Positions 1 to 8,280 of a DNA stretch of 64,000 nucleotides are shown one piece after another. The notes beneath the pieces were generated by a model, which was not told where the DNA came from, did not search any database, and was given only the letters and a program-made list of their open reading frames with translations. The stretch lies in sequence record NC_042060.1, one strand, 5' to 3'. Positions within the stretch are counted from its first letter, which is position 1, and the number at the start of each line of letters is the position of its first letter. Both the position numbers and the translations under genes were made by a program.

Positions 1-363
1 GAGCCTCTTTTTAGTTTGATGTACGGACCTTCCCTTGAAGGATTCACTCTTTTCCTTATTACTTGATTTCTGCCATTTATGCGGGTCACTCGAACAATAT
101 AACTTTTCGGTGGCCCGCTTAAACTGTTTTTCTTGAGGGATCTCCTCAATGTTTTTCTTGGCATAATCTGTAATAAAGTCCTCTAGCCCTTTGGGCATAA
201 AGGCATCCTGAACAGGATGGAATTCTTCAAAGAAAGTATTAATGTATTTATCATCATCTACGGTAGACATCTTATTATCTACCATGGTATTTTTTTCTAT
301 AAGAGATACCCTCAGGGCATCTTGCCATCTTTCGATGACTTCTGGAAATAATTGAACGTTCAT
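1..363 (-). CDS. Hypothetical protein, truncated by the window edge (phiKZ gp121 position)
   Basis: Manual translation from ATG at 363 (MNVQLFPEVIERWQDALRVS...) stays open to base 1; not in the ORF track; early promoter just upstream. Confidence 0.75.
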   Translation of the reverse strand, partial: MNVQLFPEVIERWQDALRVSLIEKNTMVDNKMSTVDDDKYINTFFEEFHPVQDAFMPKGLEDFITDYAKKNIEEIPQEKQFKRATEKLYCSSDPHKWQKSSNKEKSESFKGRSVHQTKKRL

Positions 364-406
364 TTGGATTAACCTATTTTTAAATTAGAAGATCATGATC
401 ATTACT

Positions 407-414
407 GTAATATA
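407..414 (-). promoter_or_regulatory. Early (virion RNAP) promoter core TATATTAC
   Basis: Minus strand reads tttaagatcTATATTACag; matches the published phiKZ early consensus; intergenic and upstream of an ORF. Confidence 0.8.
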
Positions 415-443
415 GATCTTAAACTTTTTTTAATGTAATACAA

Positions 444-474
444 CATAAAGCCCTCCCCGAAGGGAGGGCCTATG
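444..474 (-). terminator. Intrinsic terminator after the capsid gene
   Basis: gccctccc/gggagggc stem, C(UUCG)G loop on the minus strand, CATA and TATG flanks. Confidence 0.85.
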
Positions 475-478
475 TCTG

Positions 479-559
479 TTACTCTTCTAACTTCCGGGCA
501 TTACCGTCTTCCAAATAACGGATAGTCCCATTTTCTAGATAACGGTAACCCTTTCCAGC
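479..559 (-). other. Putative stop-codon readthrough extension of the major capsid protein (AGKGYRYLENGTIRYLEDGNARKLEE)
   Basis: 26 sense codons in frame after the MCP TGA, no start codon of their own, triple RxLE(N/D)G pattern, ends in TAA 4 nt before the terminator. Confidence 0.6.
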
Positions 560-2803
560 TCACGGCTTAAGATCAGCAAGCTTACCGTTGAACTGAGTTT
601 CGCCCATGACTTTCTGGAAGCCAGTGATCTTGAACTCTAGTGCGAACGGAATGTTGTTGACGTGTAGGTTGAACGGAATGGCCGCGATTTCGCGAGTAAC
701 CTGGTGACCACCACGAGTGATCGGTAGGTCAGCGATAACAGTAGATACGTAGAAGAACTGGCCCCAGGAGAGGATGTCGTTTTCTTGTTGTACTGCGCGG
801 GTCGGAATTACAACTAGCTTACCATCAAATAGCTGGTTGTTGGTGGAAACGATATCGTACTTGAGATAAGCACCTAGAGTACGGTCGTCACCTTTAGTCA
901 TTAGATAGTTAGCAATCTCTTTGTCGGAGCAGAAGAGATACATCGGAGTTTCATCCTGGTTACCGGAGATAACACGGAAGGCAGCTTCAATGTTGGAATC
1001 ACGGTGAGCCGGGAATAGCTCAGCTTTAACACAGTTTAGGATCGCAGCGCAAACGTCGTCCCAACGATCTTTAGACTTGATGGTGTCGATGACTTTCTCA
1101 AGATCTAGTTCTTTGTAACGATAGGTCGGACGCATTACAGCGGATAGTGCACCTTCGATGATACCAAACTTCGGACGGTTGTAACCATTGTGTACAACTT
1201 CACGTAGTTGAGCAAGGTAGTTAAGCATGCGCTTAACAGCGTTGTTGCTGTTACGGATGTTGGTGTTAACGGTTAGAGCTTTAACAACCTCACCCGGACC
1301 TTCATCGGTCATGGTGTCCATCGGTAGAGTTACAGGAGCGTGCATCGGGATCGGATGACGGAACTGTAGTGCACGGGTCTGTAGTAGGTGACCACGCTGA
1401 CGACGGTTAGTGTTGGTGAAGCGAGTATCTAGTTCGAAACCGATAACAGCTAGGTCAGTTAGCTGATCTAGAATAGCTTTAACAGCCGGGTCAGCATTAT
1501 CCATTACCTGGCCATCTTCGTTTAGAACTTTATCGACGTAAGTGTCGGTAGCACCAAACTTAGAATCGCCTTTGGATAGGCTGATAGTACCACCAAAACC
1601 AACGCTTAGACGTAGGCTTAGTTTAGCAGTCTTAAGGTCGTTAATAACGCCATCAGCTGAACCGTCGATGAAAGTGGTATCGCCACTAACAACAAGGTCA
1701 TCGCTATCGAAACGGATAACTGCGTTCCGGGTATCACCAACTAGATCGGGCTGGAACACAGCGCGAGGTAGACGGTCAACCTTGAACTTAACAACTTTAC
1801 CGCCGAGTAGAACGAATAGGTTCTTTAGACGACCAGCCGGATCAATGGTGTCAGAAACTTCAAGCATGCCACGCTGAATGAGTAGGTTAGCATTGGAGTT
1901 ACCCATTAGATCAAGACGTACGTTCGCTTTTAGCGGAGCAGTAGTGATAGTTAGGTTCTGCTCGTTCTTGATGGTGTACGGAGGAACAAGAGCCGGGTCT
2001 ACGAAGAAGTCAGCATTGGAACCAGCCGGATCTAGGGCAGGAATTAGTGCAATGCTTTCGTCGTCGAGGATGGAAGGATCACGATAGGCTTCTACCATGT
2101 TCACTTCTTCGTTATCCATCTTAACGCCGGATACTTCGTGGTAAACGTCTTTCATTACAGCGATGTAAGGAAGAACCTGAACAACACCACCTTCAATCGG
2201 GTTGATAACGGTGGTCGGATAGATACGCTCAGCGAATTCATCCTGACGGCTAGCAGCTAGGTTATAACCAATAGTTACAACACGGAAATCACGCTGTGAC
2301 TTCTCGTTATAGTTCTCTAGGCCAACACCATTTTCGAATACTTGAATGCCACCAGCAGGGCCATTGAACTGATGCTGTACAACCTTAACATGATCTTCAT
2401 TAGAAGCTTTAGCTTTGGTAATACCACGTAGTGCACGGATATATTTAGTTTCATCAGCACAGGCGATAGCAGCCATGGTAGCAGCAGTGATTTGGTTCTC
2501 ACGGACACGTTCTTCACGAGCACGTACTTGAGGATCACTGGAACTTACTCGTTCGAAACCATAGTCGTTAACGAGCATTTGCATTTTGTTATAAATTGCA
2601 GCGGCATCTTGAATGTCGGTAGCTTGCACGGTACCGAAGTTTTCATGTGAAATGCTGCTAATAAGGGAACGACCTTGACTAACAACGCTGTCATTTAGAC
2701 CAATTTCACTTTCTAGGCGGCCAATGAAATCTTCCATTGAGAAGACTTCGTAATTCTTTTCGCCTTTGTGTTTAAACAGTTCTCTTAGGGCATGTACGCT
2801 CAT
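560..2803 (-). CDS. gp120: Major capsid protein
   Basis: 747 aa; sequence recognised as phiKZ gp120; G-L-E at residues 161-163 matches the known gp175 maturation site. Confidence 0.97.
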   Translation of the reverse strand: MSVHALRELFKHKGEKNYEVFSMEDFIGRLESEIGLNDSVVSQGRSLISSISHENFGTVQATDIQDAAAIYNKMQMLVNDYGFERVSSSDPQVRAREERVRENQITAATMAAIACADETKYIRALRGITKAKASNEDHVKVVQHQFNGPAGGIQVFENGVGLENYNEKSQRDFRVVTIGYNLAASRQDEFAERIYPTTVINPIEGGVVQVLPYIAVMKDVYHEVSGVKMDNEEVNMVEAYRDPSILDDESIALIPALDPAGSNADFFVDPALVPPYTIKNEQNLTITTAPLKANVRLDLMGNSNANLLIQRGMLEVSDTIDPAGRLKNLFVLLGGKVVKFKVDRLPRAVFQPDLVGDTRNAVIRFDSDDLVVSGDTTFIDGSADGVINDLKTAKLSLRLSVGFGGTISLSKGDSKFGATDTYVDKVLNEDGQVMDNADPAVKAILDQLTDLAVIGFELDTRFTNTNRRQRGHLLQTRALQFRHPIPMHAPVTLPMDTMTDEGPGEVVKALTVNTNIRNSNNAVKRMLNYLAQLREVVHNGYNRPKFGIIEGALSAVMRPTYRYKELDLEKVIDTIKSKDRWDDVCAAILNCVKAELFPAHRDSNIEAAFRVISGNQDETPMYLFCSDKEIANYLMTKGDDRTLGAYLKYDIVSTNNQLFDGKLVVIPTRAVQQENDILSWGQFFYVSTVIADLPITRGGHQVTREIAAIPFNLHVNNIPFALEFKITGFQKVMGETQFNGKLADLKP

Positions 2804-2875
2804 TTTTTATTCCTACGTAGGATGAGTTTTTGGTTTAAAAATTTGGGTCTACTAAGCATCTTTTCCGGAATCAAC

Positions 2876-3409
2876 CTAGCAGCTCTCCAAATAATAGGTA
2901 AAAATTTGTGTTGACGCCACGGATTCACGTGGGCGGGTGTTCAACATTTCATTTATCATACTATCAAAGAAAGTATGGTTAAGTTGAATTGAGACACGTC
3001 TAGGATCGCTACTTGCAATGTGCGCACTCTGCTGCACCGCAACCCACAGATTCTCATCTACAGGATATAGGTAATAATCGTACACTAAATTACGGTTACC
3101 TGCATCCCTAAGTTCATTAGTCGCTAGGCGGCTCTCTAAACGATTGTGTAAATCCTTCATCTTAAATTGTTCAGGACCGTCTATTTCACCTAACTCAGCA
3201 ACTTTGATTATCGGGCTTACTGCTAACTTAATATCTAGTTTTTCTGGTAATAGAAAGGGGAAAGCAGTTAAAGCCTGATGTATCTCCGCAAGATCATTTA
3301 CGGAGGTTTCGGAAACTATATAGTTGGTGTCTAACAATTTGTTAAATTGTACACCTGCTGTTTTATATGATTCAAAAACAGCTTTTGGCATAACCAGAAC
3401 TTGGGTCAT
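2876..3409 (-). CDS. Minor head protein (phiKZ gp119-like)
   Basis: 177 aa ORF directly upstream of the MCP; synteny. Confidence 0.8.
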   Translation of the reverse strand: MTQVLVMPKAVFESYKTAGVQFNKLLDTNYIVSETSVNDLAEIHQALTAFPFLLPEKLDIKLAVSPIIKVAELGEIDGPEQFKMKDLHNRLESRLATNELRDAGNRNLVYDYYLYPVDENLWVAVQQSAHIASSDPRRVSIQLNHTFFDSMINEMLNTRPRESVASTQIFTYYLESC

Positions 3410-3455
3410 TGTGAAAGTACCTATATTGTAACTTTAGGCTTTTGGGAACTGTCTA

Positions 3456-3459
3456 CATA
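3456..3459 (-). promoter_or_regulatory. Candidate late promoter TATG upstream of gp119 (P119L-like)
   Basis: Minus strand ctatattgcTATGtagacag in the divergent intergenic region; phiKZ late promoters have a TATG core. Confidence 0.5.
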
Positions 3460-3548
3460 GCAATATAGCAAATACATTCACTAAAATTACTAGCTATCTA
3501 AATGATACACTGTACATCTCTTAATTTCACAATTGGAAATCTATAAAA

Positions 3549-5096
3549 ATGTCAAGTCCAAAACAATTACTCGTTTCATGCATCACTCTATTATGTTTAG
3601 AAAATCGAGAAGATTCTCCAGTGGAACCATCCAATGAATTGGTTACTGAGATTCTTGATACTCTAAATGATAAGGGTGGTACATTAGATGTAGATCATGG
3701 TCGACAAACATTTTTAGATCTTCGTAATCTACTAGTGGATCTAAATAAGAAACAGAAAGCATATTTCCCAGCTACCCAACAGGTATTACAATCACTACAA
3801 GTATGTTGTCGTGAAGAAAGTTATCTATACGATGCTGTTAAAAATGCAGTAGAAGAAGAATTTCCAAATGGCATGGCATTAGCCATGCGTGTAACTTCAT
3901 ATCGTCGTGATCTAAATAGCTACTTAGCTGATGAGAAGGTAAAAGCTATTGTAAAAGAATGTTCATCAAAAATTCTTTTCAATAGAGGCTCTGCTGATAT
4001 TCCGGCAATCATTAATGAAATGGCAACCAGAGCTGACCCATATATTCGCGCGCGTGCTGAAGAGAAACACCCAGCTGAAATGGGTGCACTTGATTTTGGT
4101 AATTTAGATTCTATTGAAGGCTTCTTTGAGGAAGCTAAAACTATTCTTTCCCCAAATGGTGCTTTCCGTACTGGATGGAAAGGTTTTAACAGAATGCTTG
4201 GTGATCTGGGTGCATTAAAACGTGGCGAATTTATTATTGGTGGTGGCCTACAACATCAATATAAATCTGGCGTTTCTATGAGTCTATTTTGCCATGTGTG
4301 TCTATTTAATAAACCATACATGCGTGATATCAATAAGAAACCATTAGTAATGTTTATTACTCTTGAGAATGAGATTCCGGATAACCTTATTTTCATTTAT
4401 GAGTATATTTACGAAAATGAAACAGGTATCAAGGTAGATCGTAGTTCTATTAGTAAAGCTGAAGCAGCTGAATATGTATCAGCTCGTCTCCGTGAAAATG
4501 GTTTTGAACCAGTAATGTATCGTTTTGACCCAACTGAATTTACGATTGCTGGTTTAGTTAACTACCTAGATACATATCAAGCACGTGGTTATGAACTACA
4601 ATATCTCTGCGTAGATTATCTAAACATGTTGCCTAAAACTGGATTAGTGACCAGTGTAGCAGGTGATGACGTTCGTCTCCTATTTAGGCGAATGCGTAAC
4701 TATACTGCACCACGTGGTATCACATTCTTTAGTCCGCATCAGTTAAGTTCTCAGGCATTAGAACTAATCAGGGATAATATCCCACCAGAAGACTTTGTTA
4801 AACAAGTTGCTAACAAAGGTTACTATGACGGTTGTCGCCGACTTGGACAAGAACCTGATCTGGAATTCTTCTTCCACATTGTTAAAGTAAGTGGTAAGTA
4901 TTATCTAACCGTACAACGTGGTAAACACCGTAACGTTGTAAGTGATAGTAAGCATCACTATTTTGTTATGCCGTTTGATCCAGACCGTATTGGTGGTATT
5001 AGATGGGATATCGATAAAGAAGAAAACAATTACATGGACTTTGTACCAAGTCTTAGCAATATGCAAGCCACTGGTGGAGATGACTGGGGATATTAA
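3549..5096 (+). CDS. dnaB: DnaB-like replicative helicase (gp118)
   Basis: 515 aa; GWKGFN motif, divergent Walker A (GGLQHQYKSG), FITLEN, Walker B CVDYL, SPHQL. Confidence 0.92.
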   Translation: MSSPKQLLVSCITLLCLENREDSPVEPSNELVTEILDTLNDKGGTLDVDHGRQTFLDLRNLLVDLNKKQKAYFPATQQVLQSLQVCCREESYLYDAVKNAVEEEFPNGMALAMRVTSYRRDLNSYLADEKVKAIVKECSSKILFNRGSADIPAIINEMATRADPYIRARAEEKHPAEMGALDFGNLDSIEGFFEEAKTILSPNGAFRTGWKGFNRMLGDLGALKRGEFIIGGGLQHQYKSGVSMSLFCHVCLFNKPYMRDINKKPLVMFITLENEIPDNLIFIYEYIYENETGIKVDRSSISKAEAAEYVSARLRENGFEPVMYRFDPTEFTIAGLVNYLDTYQARGYELQYLCVDYLNMLPKTGLVTSVAGDDVRLLFRRMRNYTAPRGITFFSPHQLSSQALELIRDNIPPEDFVKQVANKGYYDGCRRLGQEPDLEFFFHIVKVSGKYYLTVQRGKHRNVVSDSKHHYFVMPFDPDRIGGIRWDIDKEENNYMDFVPSLSNMQATGGDDWGY

Positions 5097-5105
5097 CAAC
5101 ATAAA

Positions 5106-5125
5106 GCTCTCCCTTCGGGGAGAGC
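5106..5125 (+). terminator. Terminator after dnaB
   Basis: gctctccc-UUCG-gggagagc. Confidence 0.75.
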
Positions 5126-5150
5126 ACTATAATTTTAATAGGTAATCTAA

Positions 5151-5519
5151 ATGAGTGCAATTGATAATTTAGTAAATACTTTAAGAAAAAATATTAGTGA
5201 ATGTAGAAAGTTTAATCGCCCTCTATTTGCACGTGTATATGCCGCATCACAAAATTACGATAAAATCCGTTATGCTGTAGCAGAAGAAGCCCATTATTTT
5301 AAATATGGGAAATATGCAGAGGGTAATAATTTAAACATTGATGAACTCATCAGTGATCTTTATTTATATTACACTATTTACGTTGATATTATCCGTAAAC
5401 CATTACCCGATCCTAATGGGGATTTTATCAGTATCGTAAACCAAGATCACTATACACACATCTACTGGGATTTAGATCGGTGTGAATCTATTCCAGATGA
5501 TGTAAAGGAGTTAATGTAA
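5151..5519 (+). CDS. Hypothetical protein
   Basis: 122 aa ORF with aggt SD. Confidence 0.8.
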   Translation: MSAIDNLVNTLRKNISECRKFNRPLFARVYAASQNYDKIRYAVAEEAHYFKYGKYAEGNNLNIDELISDLYLYYTIYVDIIRKPLPDPNGDFISIVNQDHYTHIYWDLDRCESIPDDVKELM

Positions 5520-5520
5520 T

Positions 5521-5757
5521 ATGTACTATGGTAATGTTTATATTATCTTTATTGGTGGTTTATTAATATTTATCCTAGGATTGGTATTTGGAGGAATACT
5601 GGGAGAAGAGAACAATAACGTATATAAACTCAAATCCCAACAATTTGAATACTGCGTTAAAAATAAACAATCAAAAAATAATGACAGTGAAAATATCCAA
5701 GTTATTAAAGTATGCGCAGAGTCTATTGTACTCCTATATCCGACTAATGAAAAATAA
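5521..5757 (+). CDS. Small membrane-anchored protein
   Basis: 78 aa; N-terminal hydrophobic helix, two Cys in the C-terminal part; aaggag SD. Confidence 0.75.
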   Translation: MYYGNVYIIFIGGLLIFILGLVFGGILGEENNNVYKLKSQQFEYCVKNKQSKNNDSENIQVIKVCAESIVLLYPTNEK

Positions 5758-5766
5758 AGCATTTTA

Positions 5767-5793
5767 GCCCTCTTAGGAGGGCTTTTATGTCGT
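5767..5793 (+). terminator. Terminator with TATGTCGT tail
   Basis: gccctc/gagggc stem followed by ttttatgtcgt. Confidence 0.75.
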
Positions 5794-5912
5794 ATGGCTA
5801 ATATGCTAGTGAATAATGAATAAAATCGATTATAGAGCAAATTAGAAGGTATTAAAGGCATAAAGAAAGTCTATCTCTAGACTTATTATTTTTAATTAAA
5901 AAAATATAATCT

Positions 5913-6341
5913 ATACTGTGTCTCCTTTTAGGGAGACAGTATGTTTTAGCTAACGCTATTAGAATAATGCTAATATTATTTATTATTAGAATAAGGATAT
6001 ACCTTCGGTATAGTTTATTATGAAATAAAAGCCCCTACGGGGCGATCCGATTCCTCAGTTCCACATTAGGTAATATTCATGAGTAATATTTAATTACCAG
6101 TATCATTGAGTAATACTGGTAATAATATACTAGATTATTAACAATATGTATTGATCATTCTGATTAAGTCAAATTAGCTAATAAACAAATCAATTATCAA
6201 CGAGTGATAACTGGTATTGATTACTAGCTAAAGAGATTAATTAGGATATCTACATGAGGAGTCGCTACCCCATGTATTCTGGAGTTTCTCTTTAGCGGGA
6301 GACTTAACTCCACTTGGGAGCCGCTTTAGCGGGCGGCTCTC
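5913..6341. other. ORF-free hairpin-dense region; candidate replication origin or ncRNA
   Basis: At least six inverted repeats, an 11-bp direct repeat, and two hairpins sharing an identical 8-nt loop; no credible ORF. Confidence 0.45.
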
Positions 6342-6371
6342 ACTTAAACAAAAAAAAGAATTCAGATAAGT

Positions 6372-6391
6372 CCCTCTCCTTTAGGAGAGGG
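6372..6391 (-). terminator. Terminator
   Basis: ccctctcc/ggagaggg stem right after the 6400..6705 stop. Confidence 0.7.
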
Positions 6392-6399
6392 GTTGTTTA

Positions 6400-6705
6400 T
6401 CATAGGCTTCTCCTTTCGGTTACATAGAACTTCTTCTGATCCATGTCAGTGTATGTTACTATGAAATTGTCGAAGGGGTTGATGGATACGGCTAAACCTG
6501 CGTTGTTGACGTATCCTATTGTAGGGCCAGCCCAATAACCAATGAAGTTACCTCTACGATCTCGACATTGGATAACATTATCGGCTTGCGTTTTCGCAAC
6601 CGACATGCTATGGGTTGATCCATCGGGTCTCTTGAAAAAGAAACCTACTTCCTGCATTCTGTGCAGGTCAGGGCTAACATTGTTAGCGGTAACTGGAATT
6701 AACAT
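6400..6705 (-). CDS. Hypothetical protein
   Basis: 101 aa ORF with gagga SD. Confidence 0.8.
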   Translation of the reverse strand: MLIPVTANNVSPDLHRMQEVGFFFKRPDGSTHSMSVAKTQADNVIQCRDRRGNFIGYWAGPTIGYVNNAGLAVSINPFDNFIVTYTDMDQKKFYVTERRSL

Positions 6706-6835
6706 GATTGTTCCTCTTGTTAATCCAAGCCCACTTGGGCGAAAATGTTGAGTATTTTTTACTCAACGGCATATAGCCCTACTGTTACAGCAGTAGGGCT
6801 AATTCTTTTATTCTTAAAAGTTTAACTGAATAAAT

Positions 6836-6866
6836 GCCCTCTCCCGAAGGAGAGGGCTTATGTCGT
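6836..6866 (-). terminator. Terminator with TATGTCGT flank
   Basis: gccctctcc/ggagagggc stem, UUCG loop on the minus strand. Confidence 0.8.
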
Positions 6867-6870
6867 TAAT

Positions 6871-7146
6871 TTATTTAACCAGCGATGTTTCCCTAACACG
6901 AGAGATGCATAAATAATTACTGTAATCGCCGGGGTCGTACTCATCATACCCTAGACAACTTGTATGAATATATTCAGTACTGATATTAATCATATCAAGA
7001 GTAATACCATCACCCCATTTCTTAGTTGCCATCTCGATAATATCGGCGATAGTATTGGCTACATAACAATCACCCAAGATATAAAAGGTATCTTCGGTAT
7101 CATCCGGACGAAAATGACGAATACCATTCTGTGTATATTCACCCAT
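6871..7146 (-). CDS. Hypothetical protein
   Basis: 91 aa ORF, gagga SD, operon packing. Confidence 0.8.
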   Translation of the reverse strand: MGEYTQNGIRHFRPDDTEDTFYILGDCYVANTIADIIEMATKKWGDGITLDMINISTEYIHTSCLGYDEYDPGDYSNYLCISRVRETSLVK

Positions 7147-7147
7147 G

Positions 7148-7291
7148 TTAATTATCCTCTTTTCCTTCTTGAGTATGATGAGTGGGCTCTACCCAGTAAA
7201 AATCAATAAACAGATCAACTGGTTTACAGCCAACCATCTCGCTGTCATCGGCCCATTTACTTTCATCTACGATAATTTCTTCATTAGTCAT
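7148..7291 (-). CDS. Small acidic protein (47 aa, MTNEEIIVDESKW...)
   Basis: Manual translation; aaggag SD; exactly fills the gap; below the ORF-track cutoff. Confidence 0.7.
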   Translation of the reverse strand: MTNEEIIVDESKWADDSEMVGCKPVDLFIDFYWVEPTHHTQEGKEDN

Positions 7292-7330
7292 TTGTATTTC
7301 TCCTTATTTACTATAGTAAATATTGTTTAG

Positions 7331-7543
7331 TTACATAGTCCAATTAGTGGCTTCATCAACCATATCAGCTGCTTCTTTATCAGAAGCATTCCAGAGTTTA
7401 TCAGCCCATTCTTTATCCATTTCATTTTGGATATTTTCAAGACGCATGTAATTATGCCATGCCTGACCCAGTCGAAGATTCTTATTATTTTTGTAATAAA
7501 TTCCAAACTCACCACGAACTGATGCAGGAATTGAAATAGTCAC
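7331..7543 (-). CDS. Hypothetical protein
   Basis: 70 aa, GTG start with aaggag SD; GTGA overlap with the upstream ORF. Confidence 0.75.
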   Translation of the reverse strand: MTISIPASVRGEFGIYYKNNKNLRLGQAWHNYMRLENIQNEMDKEWADKLWNASDKEAADMVDEATNWTM

Positions 7544-7695
7544 TTTATAATCTCCTTAGTTACTATCTGACGTGCTTCTTTATAAGAAATATTCGGATTA
7601 TCATTGATGTATTTAAGAACTTTCTGATGTATAATGTTCTCTCGCTCAGTTAGTTCTTTTACTACTCTTTTAAAATAACCTGGTGATCGTTTCAT
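7540..7695 (-). CDS. Small basic protein, HTH-like (51 aa, MKRSPGYFKRVVKELTERENII...)
   Basis: Manual translation; fills the gap and is coupled to the next ORF. Confidence 0.65.
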   Translation of the reverse strand: MKRSPGYFKRVVKELTERENIIHQKVLKYINDNPNISYKEARQIVTKEIIK

Positions 7696-7697
7696 AG

Positions 7698-7925
7698 TCA
7701 TGGTTCTTCGATTAACAAGTTATTTGCCTCGAAAAAGAATGGGGCTGACCAGCTATAATCTGGTTCATTTACCAGTTTTACACTGTTCTTGGTTTTGATA
7801 ATCTTGCGATCATACCGCCAGTTTTGTGGTCCATGTTTAGGAATAGTGTAGTATTCACCATCGGGTAGATTAGTGGCTTTTTCCCATCCGAGTTCTTTAA
7901 TACTAAACTTTTTATCAGTTGTCAT
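7698..7925 (-). CDS. Hypothetical protein, paralog of 8281..8544
   Basis: Shared NLPxGxYxTxPxHGP motif; start placed at the aagga SD (alternative 7985). Confidence 0.75.
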   Translation of the reverse strand: MTTDKKFSIKELGWEKATNLPDGEYYTIPKHGPQNWRYDRKIIKTKNSVKLVNEPDYSWSAPFFFEANNLLIEEP

Positions 7926-7988
7926 TTTCTTTATTTCCTTGCTGTCATGAAACCACCCGGTGGCCGTATCAAGCTGCGTCCCCATGGT

Positions 7989-8273
7989 TTATACTGCACG
8001 TGGGATCACTGATATCTCAAGAGTCAGATCAGCCGCGTCCAGTAGGTTTACCAGGGCGTCCAGAGAGAACTTGTCAATCTTGCCTTTGAGAAGATCATTC
8101 AATCTCGGTTGCGTAACATGTATGCGAGCAGCAGCGTCTTTTTGCGGAAGATCCCAGCCCTTTATAGTACGGGTGAGAGCCCGCATGAGTTGGGAACGGA
8201 TACGTAGGTTTTCAGTTTCTTTTGTCGAGTCAACTAGTGTATCCCAGACACCGGGAGTGCATTCGTTTGCCAT
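7989..8273 (-). CDS. XRE-family HTH regulator (HigA/HTH_37-like)
   Basis: VWDTL..ENLRIRSQLM, then HTH LPQKDAAARIHVTQPRLNDLLKGKIDKFSLDALV. Confidence 0.85.
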   Translation of the reverse strand: MANECTPGVWDTLVDSTKETENLRIRSQLMRALTRTIKGWDLPQKDAAARIHVTQPRLNDLLKGKIDKFSLDALVNLLDAADLTLEISVIPRAV

Positions 8274-8280
8274 TTATTTA

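Noticed and set aside
560-584. Selenocysteine insertion at the MCP UGA
   Set aside because: The downstream hairpin loop is only about 10 nt from the UGA, shorter than typical bacterial SECIS spacing, and there is no Cys/Sec catalytic context; plain readthrough is more parsimonious
1542-2087. Plus-strand ORFs antisense to the MCP
   Set aside because: Shadow ORFs caused by strong codon bias in the capsid gene; no SD and non-protein-like composition
5538-5861. 107-aa minus-strand ORF
   Set aside because: Overlaps the better-supported plus-strand membrane gene and a terminator; lacks an SD
5760-6400. tRNA or CRISPR array in the hairpin-rich region
   Set aside because: No cloverleaf with a T-loop/anticodon arm and no regularly spaced 23-47 bp repeats
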